A DNA stretch of 48,852 bases from Acidobacteriota bacterium (GTDB lineage: Bacteria; Acidobacteriota; Thermoanaerobaculia; UBA5066; Gp7-AA6): positions 1 to 48,852 of the forward strand of contig JBKPMI010000053.1 in assembly GCA_046732075.1 (NCBI GenBank), in the 5' to 3' direction. The number at the start of each line of letters is the position of its first letter. The first letter of the stretch is position 1. Shown in pieces: positions 9,432 to 18,467 of the stretch. The notes below the pieces were generated by a model. It did no database searches, was not told the origin of the DNA, and worked only from the letters and a program-made list of their open reading frames with translations. Made by a program: the position numbers and the translations under genes.

Positions 9432-10823
9432 GTGGCGAAGAAGAGACACGCTGCGAAGCACGAACCTTCGCCCCATCGAAAATCGCCCGCTGCCTCGGCG
9501 GCCCCGGCCCCCCGGCCCCTCTTCTCCCGAGTTCTCGAGTGGATCGCAGCTGCTCTGCTCTTCCTGGTCGTTCTCGGGACGTCTCTCGCGGTCGACCCGA
9601 AGGCGTACGCCTCGTTCGATGCGCCCAAGCGCCTGATCGGCGCGTGCGGCGCGGCGCTCGCCGCTTTCGTCGTCTTCGGCCTCGCGCGGCGCTCGCGCCC
9701 GGGGCCGCTTCGCTGGCGGGCGATTCCACTCGCGGCGCGGCTCACTCTCGTCGCGGCGTCGGCGGCGCTCGCCTGGGCAACGCTGTCGGCGTTTCTCTCG
9801 CCGGACCGCGCCGTCGCCCTGGACTCGCTTCGCGTGATCCTCCTCTTCGGCCTGCTGCTACCGCTCGGCGCCTCCGCCGTGATCGCGCGCCGGCGCAACC
9901 TGCTCGCGGGCGCGCTCTTCGCCGCGGCCGCCGGGAACGCGATCCTTTCCCTCCTGCAGACGCGCGGCATCTCTCCCTTCCGTCTCCAGACCTACGGGGC
10001 CCGGAACGAGACGGGAGCGCTCGCCGGCAACGTGGGATATCTCGCGCTCTCGCTGGCGTTCGCCGCCGTCCTGGCGCTCGGCATTCTGCTCGCGGCGCGC
10101 TCCACCGCGATCCGGGTCGCCGCGGCCGCGGTCCTCCTGCTCTCGCTCGCCGGGATTTTCGTCAACCGCAACCTGACGGCAATCGCGGCCCTCGCGATCG
10201 GCGGCGTGGTGTTGGTCGTCACCTGGTTCGGCCGGCGGTCCCGATGGCCGGTCGTCGCCGTCGTTGCGGCGATCGCCGCCGGGGCGGTCCTGGTCCCGCC
10301 GCTTCGGCAACGCGTCGGGCAGGCCGCCGGGATGGTCCGGCGCGGCGAGTGGGACCGCCTCACGACCTACCGCACCGGCGCCTGGGCCGCCGCCCTGCAG
10401 ATGGTCCGCGATCGCCCGCTCGTGGGGTTCGGACCCGGGACGTACGCCGCGGAGTTCACGCCGCACCGGCTCGTGGCCGAGGTCCGCAACCGCCGCCGCT
10501 ACGTGAATCCGCTCCTGACGAGCTCCTATTCGGAGGCGCACTGCGACTACCTCCAGGCGTTCGCCGAAACCGGCGTCCCCGGAGGAGTCGCGGTGCTCGC
10601 TGCGGCCGCCGCGCTCTTCGCGGCGGTCGGACGCCGGACCGCGAAGGGGGACCCGCACCGAATCGAGGCCGCGATCCTCCTCGGCCTGCTCGCGGCGGGG
10701 GCCGCCGCGGCGCTGACCTGGTTTCCCATGCAGCGCCCCATTTCCGCGGTCCCGCTGCTTCTCGCGGCCGGGCGAAGCTGGCGCCTCGCGGCCAGGCTGC
10801 CCGGCGATTCGGAGAGCCGGTGA
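9432..10823 (+). CDS. O-antigen ligase / Wzy-like polymerase family membrane protein
   Basis: 463-aa polytopic ORF with a GTG start. It has the characteristic loop RTGAWAAALQMVRDRPLVGFGPGTYAAEF...SEAHCDYLQAFAETGVPGG followed by C-terminal TM helices. Confidence 0.75.
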   Translation: MAKKRHAAKHEPSPHRKSPAASAAPAPRPLFSRVLEWIAAALLFLVVLGTSLAVDPKAYASFDAPKRLIGACGAALAAFVVFGLARRSRPGPLRWRAIPLAARLTLVAASAALAWATLSAFLSPDRAVALDSLRVILLFGLLLPLGASAVIARRRNLLAGALFAAAAGNAILSLLQTRGISPFRLQTYGARNETGALAGNVGYLALSLAFAAVLALGILLAARSTAIRVAAAAVLLLSLAGIFVNRNLTAIAALAIGGVVLVVTWFGRRSRWPVVAVVAAIAAGAVLVPPLRQRVGQAAGMVRRGEWDRLTTYRTGAWAAALQMVRDRPLVGFGPGTYAAEFTPHRLVAEVRNRRRYVNPLLTSSYSEAHCDYLQAFAETGVPGGVAVLAAAAALFAAVGRRTAKGDPHRIEAAILLGLLAAGAAAALTWFPMQRPISAVPLLLAAGRSWRLAARLPGDSESR

Positions 10824-11344
10824 GGATCCTCCGCGCGGTCGCGGTGGCCGCCGTCCTCGGGTTTCTTCTCCGGCCGGAGATCCCGCGCTATCGGGCGGAG
10901 CGCCGGCTGGGGGCCGCAAACGCCGCTTTCGAGTACGTCCTGGACCGGCCGACCGAGATCCCGGACACACCCGCGATCCTGGATCGCATCACCGCGGCCG
11001 CGATCTCCGCGGCTCCGGGCCTGCCGGGCGATTCCCGCGCGTGGGTGCTCGCCGGATCGTGCCAGCTCGTCAACGGACACGCGGACCGGGCCCTCGAGTA
11101 CTACCGGGAGGGCCTCGCGGCCGGAGAACGCGCCGAGATCCACCTGAACGTCGGACGCGCGCACGCCGCGCTGGGCGAGCCGGACTTCGCCGACTCTTCG
11201 TTTCTCCGCGCGGTCTGGATCAGCCCGGCGTTGTTGAAGGGGGTGCCGAAGGAGTTCGCCCCGCGCATCGAGGCGGAGTTGAAGCGCCTGGAGGCGGACC
11301 TCGCGAGCGGCCGCCTTCCCGCTCCGCCGGGCCGCGCGGACTAA
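10820..11344 (+). CDS. hypothetical membrane-anchored TPR-like protein
   Basis: GTG at 10820 overlaps the upstream stop (GTGA). The product VRILRAVAVAAVLGFLL... has a TM anchor and then helical repeat-like sequence (ALEYYREGLAAGERAEIHLNVGRAHAALGEPDFADSSFLRAV). It is the only non-shadow-looking part of the 9539..11344 ORF. Confidence 0.5.
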   Translation: MRILRAVAVAAVLGFLLRPEIPRYRAERRLGAANAAFEYVLDRPTEIPDTPAILDRITAAAISAAPGLPGDSRAWVLAGSCQLVNGHADRALEYYREGLAAGERAEIHLNVGRAHAALGEPDFADSSFLRAVWISPALLKGVPKEFAPRIEAELKRLEADLASGRLPAPPGRAD

Positions 11345-12102
11345 GCGGTCGGGGGTGGGGCGGGACCCCTCCGGAAGATCCGGCTCGACCACACGCCCCA
11401 CTCGTGGAGCTTGTAGAGCGCCATCGTCTTCAGGATTTCCAGCCCGTAACGCACGGACGGACCGAACGCGATCTGCGAGGCGTCGTCGAAGTACCGCGTC
11501 TCGATCGGGATCTCCCGGATGTGCAGCCGGTGCGCCATTCCCTGCGCGATGATCTCGGTGTCGAAGACGAAGCCGTCCGAGTTCGACTCGAAGTCGACCG
11601 ACTCCAGGTATCTGCGGGTGTAGGCGCGGAAGCCGCTATGGTATTCAGTGAGATAGATGAGAAAGGTGGCGTTCTCGATCGCGGTGAGCAGGATGTTGCC
11701 GAGGTACTTCCACTTCGGCATGCCGCCCTGGATGGGTCTCCCGCCGAGCATGCGGCTGCCGAACACGGCATCGGCGCCCGATTGGCGCAGGGTCTGCAGC
11801 AGGTCGGGGATGACGCGCGGGTCATACTGGTGGTCCGGGTGCACCATCACGACGACTTCGGCGCCGCGTTCGAGCGCCGTTCGGTAGCACGTCTTCTGGT
11901 TGGCGCCGTAGCCCCGGTTGCGCGGATGGACGACGACGTGGACGCCCAGCTTGCGCGCGATCTCGACCGTCCGGTCGCGCGACGCGTCGTCGACCAGGAT
12001 GATGTCGTCCACGGAGTCCTGCGGGATGTCGTGGTACGTCCTTTCCAGGGTTTGCTCCGCGTTGTACGCGGGCATCACGACCGCAACCTTGGGGCGATCC
12101 AC
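11341..12102 (-). CDS. glycosyltransferase family 2
   Basis: 253-aa ORF with VAVVMPAYNAEQTL...ILVDDASRDRT...NRGYGANQ, a typical GT2 N-terminal fold with a DxD-like motif. Confidence 0.9.
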   Translation of the reverse strand: MDRPKVAVVMPAYNAEQTLERTYHDIPQDSVDDIILVDDASRDRTVEIARKLGVHVVVHPRNRGYGANQKTCYRTALERGAEVVVMVHPDHQYDPRVIPDLLQTLRQSGADAVFGSRMLGGRPIQGGMPKWKYLGNILLTAIENATFLIYLTEYHSGFRAYTRRYLESVDFESNSDGFVFDTEIIAQGMAHRLHIREIPIETRYFDDASQIAFGPSVRYGLEILKTMALYKLHEWGVWSSRIFRRGPAPPPTA

Positions 12103-12112
12103 GAGGACGGGT

Positions 12113-13495
12113 TCAGATGCCCCGCCGCGTCAGGATGACGCGGAGAGTGCGCAACAGGATCGACAGGTCGAGACCGAGCGACCAGTTGTTCAAGTAGGCG
12201 AGATCGTACCGTAGCTTGATCTCGGGCTCGGTCGAGTATTCGCCCGAGACCTGGGCGAGCCCGGTCAGCCCGGGGCGGATCGCATGACGCAGCGCCCAGC
12301 CCGGAACGGTCTTCGTGAACTCCCGGGTGAACTCGGGACGCTCCGGCCGCGGACCCACGAGACTCATGTCTCCCGTCAGCACGTTCCAGAGCTGCGGGAT
12401 CTCGTCGATCCGCGCGGACCGCAGCGCGCGTCCGATGCTCGTCATGCGAGGATCGCCGGGCGAGGCGAGCACCGCTCCGGTTTCGATCTCCGCGCCGCGG
12501 CGCATCGTGCGCAGCTTCCACAGCTCGAAGGGGCGGCCGTCCCGGCCCACGCGCGTCTGGCGATAGAAGACGCCGCCGGCCGAGGTTCCCGCGACGGAGA
12601 GCGCCGCGAGCGCCAGCACGGGCGCCAGGATCACGAGGAAGACCGCCGAGACCACCACGTCGAACGCGCGCTTGAAGAACGCGCCGATCGGGCGGAATTC
12701 CTGGGTCCGCGCCTCGAGGAGCGGAAGATCTCCAACGATCCGGAACCTCAGCCGGCCGATCATCGTTTCGAACGGCGAGGGCCAGACGAGCAGGTCCGCC
12801 CGCCATCCTTCCGGGATCCGCTCCGAGAGCCGGTCGCGCCACGACGAACCCTCCGTCGTCAGGATGACCTCGTCGACGCGCTCCGCCTCCACGATCTCCG
12901 TCAGGTGATCCACCGTCCCGAGCAGCGCGAGGGAGCCGGTTCCGTTCCCGTCGAAGCCCCCGACCGGATCCGACGTCTCGGCGACGACGCCAACGATCTC
13001 GACGCCACTCCAGGGATGGCGCCGAACCGTGTCCGCGATGCGGTGCGCGGCCGGCCCCGTGCCGACGATCAGGGCACGGCGACGCGGCAGCGGAAACAGC
13101 CGGTCGAGCAGGGCGCGCCAGAGCACCAGGAGGATTCCGTCCGCCACCAGGTACCCGACGAGGACCGACCGCGGGAACGAGTACGTCGGAGCGAGAAAGT
13201 AGATGGTCGCGAGCGTGAGGAGCTCGAGGAAGAGCGCCGGAAGGAGGAGGCGTGCGAGAGAGTCCCGGAATCGCTCGTGCTCCGCGTAGAGGCCCATCGA
13301 CGAGAGCGCGAAGAGCTGGACGGCCACGATGAGCGCGACGTTCCAGAGGCCGAACCGGACGTTCCCGGGAGGCAGGAGAGCCTCGGTGCCGGGAAGCGGA
13401 ACGCGGGTCCGCAGGAAAAAGGCGCCGTAGAGCGCAGCGAGCGAAATCGCGATGTCCCCGGCGAGGGCCGACAGGCGGAACGCGGAATGTGACAG
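12113..13495 (-). CDS. polyprenyl-phosphate sugar phosphotransferase (WbaP/EpsB-like priming transferase)
   Basis: C-terminal part of the 12113..14425 ORF. N-terminal TM helices are followed by the bacterial sugar-transferase domain (KRAFDVVVSAVFLVILAPVL...YRQTRVGRDGRPFELWKLRTM...DEIPQLWNVLTGDMSLVGPRPERP). I found no ATG or GTG near the expected start; 13495 is an in-frame CTG just downstream of the preceding gene's stop. The start is uncertain. Confidence 0.75.
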   Translation of the reverse strand: MSHSAFRLSALAGDIAISLAALYGAFFLRTRVPLPGTEALLPPGNVRFGLWNVALIVAVQLFALSSMGLYAEHERFRDSLARLLLPALFLELLTLATIYFLAPTYSFPRSVLVGYLVADGILLVLWRALLDRLFPLPRRRALIVGTGPAAHRIADTVRRHPWSGVEIVGVVAETSDPVGGFDGNGTGSLALLGTVDHLTEIVEAERVDEVILTTEGSSWRDRLSERIPEGWRADLLVWPSPFETMIGRLRFRIVGDLPLLEARTQEFRPIGAFFKRAFDVVVSAVFLVILAPVLALAALSVAGTSAGGVFYRQTRVGRDGRPFELWKLRTMRRGAEIETGAVLASPGDPRMTSIGRALRSARIDEIPQLWNVLTGDMSLVGPRPERPEFTREFTKTVPGWALRHAIRPGLTGLAQVSGEYSTEPEIKLRYDLAYLNNWSLGLDLSILLRTLRVILTRRGI

Positions 13496-13539
13496 CCGCG
13501 CCGACGCCGTCCGCGGCGCGGCCGGACGCCCCGGCTCCC

Positions 13540-14676
13540 CTAGCGCGGGGTCCGTTGCCAGGCGGGTCTCCGATAGCCGGCGAGACCGGCGATCACGCCG
13601 GCGGCGAGCGCGAGGTTGATCACGCCGAAATAATAGAGCCTCGCCGCCCAGCCCGAGGAATGCGGACGGACCTGGACCCACACCGCGAGGAGAGCGAACG
13701 CCGCGACTGCCGCGGCCGCCGCGGGACGGAGCGCCGGAACCGCGAGCGCGCAGAGGAGCGCGGCGACTGCCGCGATCGGCGCGAGCCACCGCGCGGCCTT
13801 CCGCGAGACGAACGCGAAGGCGAGGAGCGGGCGGCGCCGGAAATCCCAGAGCCACGAGTCGGTTCGCAATACCTCGCCCGCGCCGATCCCGATCCGGAAA
13901 CGGCGCCGTGCCTCCGCCGCCACGTCCGTCGGCGCGGTCTCCCGGGCGACCGCGTCGCCGGCGAAGAGGACCTTGCGGCCGTCTCGCGCGATCTGCGCGG
14001 CCAGCCGGAAATCGTCCAGTACCGCGCCTTCCGGGAGCGGCGCGACGAGCTCCCGCCGCGCCGCGTAGATGGCGCCGTTCGCGCCGAGGCAGACCCCCAG
14101 ACGCCCCTCGGCCTCCTTGAGCCGGCTCTCGCGCTCCCAGAACTCGGTCTCCGGAGTCGGCCCCGAACCGGACGCGGGTACGAGCTCCAGGCGGCCGCAG
14201 ACCGCGCCGACCCCGGGATCCGCGAACCGCTCCACGAGGCGCGCCACCGCGTCCGCGCGGAACTCCGAGTTCGCGTCGGTGAAGACGAGGATCTCGGCTT
14301 CCGACTGGCGGACGAGGTCGTTGACGACCGACGCCTTTCCGCGGCGCTCCGCGAACTCCGTGACCCGGACCCGGGGATCGGCGCCGGCCGCGGCCCGGGC
14401 GCGCTCCGCGGTCGCGTCGCGGCACCCGTCACAGCCCACGGAGAGCGACAGGCTTCCCGCGTACTCCTGTCCGAGGACGTTCGCGACCCGGCGGCCGATG
14501 ACGGCTTCCTCGTCGAACGCCGCAACGAGCACGTCGACGGAAGGCGTCGCCCCGGACGCGCCGGCGGAGAAGGGCGCGCGGCGGGCGAGACGCGCGATGA
14601 GAATCGGATACCCGACCCAGGACCAGAGAAGAAGTGCCACGGCGACCGCCGCGAACGCCGCCGCGGCGGCGGTCAA
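13540..14676 (-). CDS. glycosyltransferase family 2 with C-terminal TM helices
   Basis: C-terminal part of the 13540..15537 ORF: VDVLVAAFDEEAVI...VFTDANSEF...GANGAIYAARREL, then TM segments. The proposed TTG start at 14676 overlaps the upstream stop (TTGA). Confidence 0.75.
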   Translation of the reverse strand: MTAAAAAFAAVAVALLLWSWVGYPILIARLARRAPFSAGASGATPSVDVLVAAFDEEAVIGRRVANVLGQEYAGSLSLSVGCDGCRDATAERARAAAGADPRVRVTEFAERRGKASVVNDLVRQSEAEILVFTDANSEFRADAVARLVERFADPGVGAVCGRLELVPASGSGPTPETEFWERESRLKEAEGRLGVCLGANGAIYAARRELVAPLPEGAVLDDFRLAAQIARDGRKVLFAGDAVARETAPTDVAAEARRRFRIGIGAGEVLRTDSWLWDFRRRPLLAFAFVSRKAARWLAPIAAVAALLCALAVPALRPAAAAAVAAFALLAVWVQVRPHSSGWAARLYYFGVINLALAAGVIAGLAGYRRPAWQRTPR

Positions 14677-15863
14677 GCGCGACTCTCCCGGCGCCGCTCC
14701 AGGAGCTCGCGCGAGAACGCACGGCCGATCGAGTCCCAGCCGTAGCTCTCCTCGACGCGGCGTCGCGCCGCGGCCGCCTGGCGCGCCCGGGCCGCGGGAT
14801 CGTCCAGTAGCGCCGTGATCGCCTCCGCGAAGCCCGCGGCGGAGTCCGCGATCCGGATCTCCTCGCCGTCGGTGAGATCGAGACCCTCCGCGCCGACCGA
14901 CGTCGAGACGACCGGGACGCCGCAGGCCGCGGCCTCCAGGATCTTCAGCCGGGTGCCGGCGGCCGCACGCAACGGCACGACCGCGACGGCCGCGCGCTCC
15001 CAGTGGGGGCGCGTGTCGCTGCCCTCGCCCAGGAAGAAGAATCGCTCGAGGGGATCTCCCGACCCGGCGGCGCCTCCCCGACCGAGAACCTCGGCGCGCG
15101 CGTCCGGCCGCCACCGCGCGACGAGCGGCCAGACCTCGGTGCGGAACCACGCCATTCCCTCGGCGTGCGGGGGCCAGGACAGGTCTCCCACGTAGAAGAC
15201 GACTTCCTCGGCGGCGGGATCCGCTCGAAACCGATATCGCTCCAGGTCCACGCCGTTCGGGACCACGACGCGCGGCACGTGCGGCGCCAGCCCCGCGAGG
15301 AGCGACGCCTCCCTCTCCGAGACGCAGGAGATCCCGCCGGCGCGCGTCACTAGCTCTTCCTCGATCCGGGAGACCCGCGGGGCCTGGGCGCGCGCGAAAA
15401 CGCGCGCGAGCCGGGACGACGCGCTCTCCCCCATCCTCCGCCAGAGCTCGGAGTCCAGGTTGTGGAAGTCGATCCAGAGCGGGCCGAACGCATCGAGCGC
15501 GAGCGGCGCGACGTGGTACGAGTGCGCCACGATCCACACCGGCTTTTCGCTCGCGGCGAGGTTTCGAAGCCGGGTCGCGAGCGGGCGCGAGCGGTAGAGG
15601 AAGGGCGAGTAGGCGCGGCCCGCCGCGGTGGCGGCGAGCGCGGCCGCGCGCCGGAAGGGCCGCGGGGCCTGGGGGAATCGCTCCGCCTCCACGCCGGCCG
15701 GGAGCTCGTCCGGAACCTCGCGGAGGTGGGACGGCAGGAGCACGAACGCGCGCACGCGGAAGTCCCGGACAAACGCGGACAGGAGGTGGAAGTTCCGGAT
15801 CGAGGAGCCGTCGCGGGTCGGATGCGGCGGCCGCGGGCAGATCGTGTAGAGGAGCGGCTTCAT
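14673..15863 (-). CDS. glycosyltransferase family 4 (GT-B, Glycos_transf_1-type)
   Basis: Lies in the 14673..15959 ORF; the ATG at 15863 gives MKPLLYTICPRPPHPTRDGSSIRNFHLL. The C-terminal half (AAACGVPVVSTSVGAEGLDLTDGEEIRIADS...) is typical of GT4 enzymes. Confidence 0.85.
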   Translation of the reverse strand: MKPLLYTICPRPPHPTRDGSSIRNFHLLSAFVRDFRVRAFVLLPSHLREVPDELPAGVEAERFPQAPRPFRRAAALAATAAGRAYSPFLYRSRPLATRLRNLAASEKPVWIVAHSYHVAPLALDAFGPLWIDFHNLDSELWRRMGESASSRLARVFARAQAPRVSRIEEELVTRAGGISCVSEREASLLAGLAPHVPRVVVPNGVDLERYRFRADPAAEEVVFYVGDLSWPPHAEGMAWFRTEVWPLVARWRPDARAEVLGRGGAAGSGDPLERFFFLGEGSDTRPHWERAAVAVVPLRAAAGTRLKILEAAACGVPVVSTSVGAEGLDLTDGEEIRIADSAAGFAEAITALLDDPAARARQAAAARRRVEESYGWDSIGRAFSRELLERRRESRA

Positions 15864-15870
15864 TCCGCGT

Positions 15871-16782
15871 CTACGCGCGCCGCGTTCCGGCGAGCGCCGC
15901 CCGGTAGCGCGCCCGCCGCGCCCGACCTCTCTCGCCCGGCGTGACGAGCGAGAGAACATAGCGTGTCGCGGCGCCGGCGCGGAGAACCGCGCGGGCCAGG
16001 GTCGCCGCGGTTCTTCCCTGGTGGCGCTCGACGTGGAGCGCGAGACCCTCGTGCAGCTGTCCGAACAGGGCGTCCCCGCCGGACGCGCCGCCCGTGTGAA
16101 CCACGCGCGCCGACGGCTCGAAGAGCACCTTCCATCCCAGGCGCCGCCAGCGCGCCATCAGGTCCGTTTCTTCGCCGTAGAGAAAGAATCCCTCGTCGAA
16201 TCCTCCGGCGTGCTCGAACGCGGTGCGGCGGACGAGAAGCGCCGCGCCCTTCAGCGACTCCACGGCCTGCGCGCGCGAGTGGTCCTCGCGGGTCGCGGAG
16301 TGTCCGCGGAAAGGAAAACGGCCGCCGGTCAACCCGGCGAGGCCCGAGCTCTCGAAGAAGATCGTGCGCAGGCTCGGCAGACGCTGGATCGAGGGCTGGA
16401 GGGTGCCGTCCGGGTTTTCGAGTCGGGGACCCACCGCGGCGGCTCGGGGGTCCGCGTCGAGCGCCGCGACGAGGGCCTCCACCGCGCCGGGCTGGACGAG
16501 AGCGTCCGAGTTGAGGAACAACAGAAGCGGTCGATCGGTCTCACGCGCCCCCCGGTTGCAGGCAGCGCCGTAGCCGCGGTTCTCCGCTTCGACGATCAAC
16601 CGTGCCGCGGGGACCTCGCGCCCCAAATCCCCCGCGATCGAATCGCGGGAGGCGTTGTCGACGACGATGGTTTCGACGCCCGGCGCCGCGCGGATGACGG
16701 CGTGCGCGGTTTCCACGCTCTCCCGTGGCGTCCTGTAGTGAACGATCACCGCCGAGACTCGCGCGGCTGCCGATGCGCTCAC
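15871..16782 (-). CDS. glycosyltransferase family 2 (rhamnosyltransferase-like)
   Basis: C-terminal 303 aa of the 15871..18138 ORF, from the GTG at 16782: VSASAAARVSAVIVHYRTPRESVET...IVVDNASRDS...NRGYGAACNRG...FLNSDA...GAALLVRRTAFEHAGGFDEGFFLYGEETDL. The upstream part of that ORF is antisense shadow of paralog 2. Confidence 0.8.
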   Translation of the reverse strand: MSASAAARVSAVIVHYRTPRESVETAHAVIRAAPGVETIVVDNASRDSIAGDLGREVPAARLIVEAENRGYGAACNRGARETDRPLLLFLNSDALVQPGAVEALVAALDADPRAAAVGPRLENPDGTLQPSIQRLPSLRTIFFESSGLAGLTGGRFPFRGHSATREDHSRAQAVESLKGAALLVRRTAFEHAGGFDEGFFLYGEETDLMARWRRLGWKVLFEPSARVVHTGGASGGDALFGQLHEGLALHVERHQGRTAATLARAVLRAGAATRYVLSLVTPGERGRARRARYRAALAGTRRA

Positions 16783-16932
16783 TCGATCAGTATAGGTTCC
16801 GCCGGACCGGGCAAGCCGGAGAGCAACAACGATGGCAGCTATACGACCCCTGTCTAGTGCCCAATTTGCCCGACGCGCCGTACGATTCCGCTTCGATTCG
16901 CATTTCGTCAACGTCTGCTTCGGGAGGTGGGT

Positions 16933-18414
16933 ATGAGATCTCTGATCCGGAAAGTGTGCGCCCCCGGCATCCTGGTCCTTCTTCAGACCGCCGGCATCCT
17001 GCGCGCGCAGTCTGTGGATGTTCCACTGCGAAACTGGACCGTCCCGGCGTTCACACAGTCGACCGCCGGCGGAATCCACACCCTGACCGACGTGACCGAG
17101 CCCCGGACGTTCGTCGCCGTCCAGCCCTGCCGGATCGTCGACACGCGCGGCAACGGCGCGCCGATCCAGGGCGGCATCTTCACGAACAGCACGACGCGCA
17201 CGTGGGATTTGAGCGGAATATGCGGCCTGCCGGAATCGATCGCTGCCGTCTCCGTGAACTTCACGGTCGTGGCAGCGGCGGGAATCCCGGCCGGCTCGTT
17301 CCTGCTCGCCTGGCCGACCGGCCAGGCTTTTCCGCCCACCGCGATCATGACCTATGGACCGGGCCAGATCCTTTCCAACGCGGCAATCGTGCCGCTCGGG
17401 CCCGGCGATCAGATGAACGTCGCCGTCAGCGGCTCGACGCACATCATCATGGACATCAACGGGTACTTCGCCGACAGGTTGGGCAACCCATTCAACTCCT
17501 TCGGGCTGACGAACAACAGCGGGAACGCGACGGCATACTTCACGAACGAGTCGACCGGCTGTTCGTCCGGCTGCGCCGTCGACGCTTTTTCCTACAGCAC
17601 CGGACAGGGCAAGGCGATCTCCGGCAAGATGAACTATCTCGGCAACAACTCCGCCGGGGTCTATGGCGCTCACGCGCTCGGACTCACCGGTGTCTCGTAC
17701 CCTCCGGCGGGCGTTCGCGGTGAAAGCCCGCAGCTCGGGGTGCTCGGGATCGGAAACGTCGTCGGCACGTCCGGGAGCGTCGTCGCGACGGGAACGGGGG
17801 CCTACCTCGCCGAGGGGTATATCGGCTACCACACCGCGACGTTCGACTACGGCGTTTACTCGGCCGGGCGGACGGGCGCGAGCGGAACGAAGTCGTTCGT
17901 CGACCCGCACCCGACCGACGCGTCCAAGGTGATTCGATACGTATCGCTCGAAGGCAACGAGCCCGGGACCTATTTCCGGGGGCGGGGCAGGTTCGAGCGT
18001 GGGATAGCGCGGGTCACAGTTCCCGAGGACTTCCGCCTGGTCACGGACGCCGAGGGCCTGACGGTCCAGATCACGCCGATCGGCGCGATGGCGACCGTGG
18101 GCGTGATTCGCATGGATCTGACGGAGATCCTCGTCCAATCCTCGCGCGACGTCGAGTTCTCCTACCTCGTTCAGGGTGTGCGGAAGACCCAGATGGATTC
18201 GCCCTCACCGATCGCCGAGGGTACCGAGTTCATGCCGAAATCGGCGGACGCAACGCTGCCCGCCTACTTCTCCGCCGAGCAGAGACGGCGACTGATACAG
18301 AACGGGACCTACCGCGAGGACGGCACCGTGAACATGGACACGGCGCGGCGGCTCGGCTGGGACAGAACGTGGGAGCAACGCTCGCGCCCGGCGACCCAGC
18401 CGGTCGAGCCGTGA
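16933..18414 (+). CDS. secreted tripartite paralog 2 (type-B C-module), first gene of a four-paralog operon
   Basis: ATG at 16933 follows GGGAGG. The signal peptide is MRSLIRKVCAPGILVLLQTAGILRAQS. The N-module spans 17032-17469 (NWTVPAFTQST...QPCRIVDTRGNGAPIQGGIF...MDINGYF). The C-module reads KSFVDPHPTDASKVIRYVSLEGNEPGTYFRGRGRFERG..., with tail NGTYREDGTVNMDTARRLGWD. Confidence 0.9.
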   Translation: MRSLIRKVCAPGILVLLQTAGILRAQSVDVPLRNWTVPAFTQSTAGGIHTLTDVTEPRTFVAVQPCRIVDTRGNGAPIQGGIFTNSTTRTWDLSGICGLPESIAAVSVNFTVVAAAGIPAGSFLLAWPTGQAFPPTAIMTYGPGQILSNAAIVPLGPGDQMNVAVSGSTHIIMDINGYFADRLGNPFNSFGLTNNSGNATAYFTNESTGCSSGCAVDAFSYSTGQGKAISGKMNYLGNNSAGVYGAHALGLTGVSYPPAGVRGESPQLGVLGIGNVVGTSGSVVATGTGAYLAEGYIGYHTATFDYGVYSAGRTGASGTKSFVDPHPTDASKVIRYVSLEGNEPGTYFRGRGRFERGIARVTVPEDFRLVTDAEGLTVQITPIGAMATVGVIRMDLTEILVQSSRDVEFSYLVQGVRKTQMDSPSPIAEGTEFMPKSADATLPAYFSAEQRRRLIQNGTYREDGTVNMDTARRLGWDRTWEQRSRPATQPVEP

Positions 18415-18467
18415 ACCAAGATTAGGAGAAACCCGTCCGCCCCCGACGCTTTTCAAAGGAGGATTTC

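Noticed and set aside
16783-16932. A promoter call for the four-paralog operon, using the TACGAT hexamer also seen at the paralog-8 promoter.
   Set aside because: No acceptable -35 hexamer lies at 16-18 nt spacing; TTGCCC is only 9 nt away. It is left unannotated.
17032-17469. Conserved N-x-S/T sequons in the module (NWT, NFT, NVS, and NVT in the C-terminal variants) as N-glycosylation sites.
   Set aside because: The acidic residue at -2 required by PglB-type oligosaccharyltransferases is absent, and no such transferase gene is visible. These residues more likely reflect beta-strand sequence constraints.
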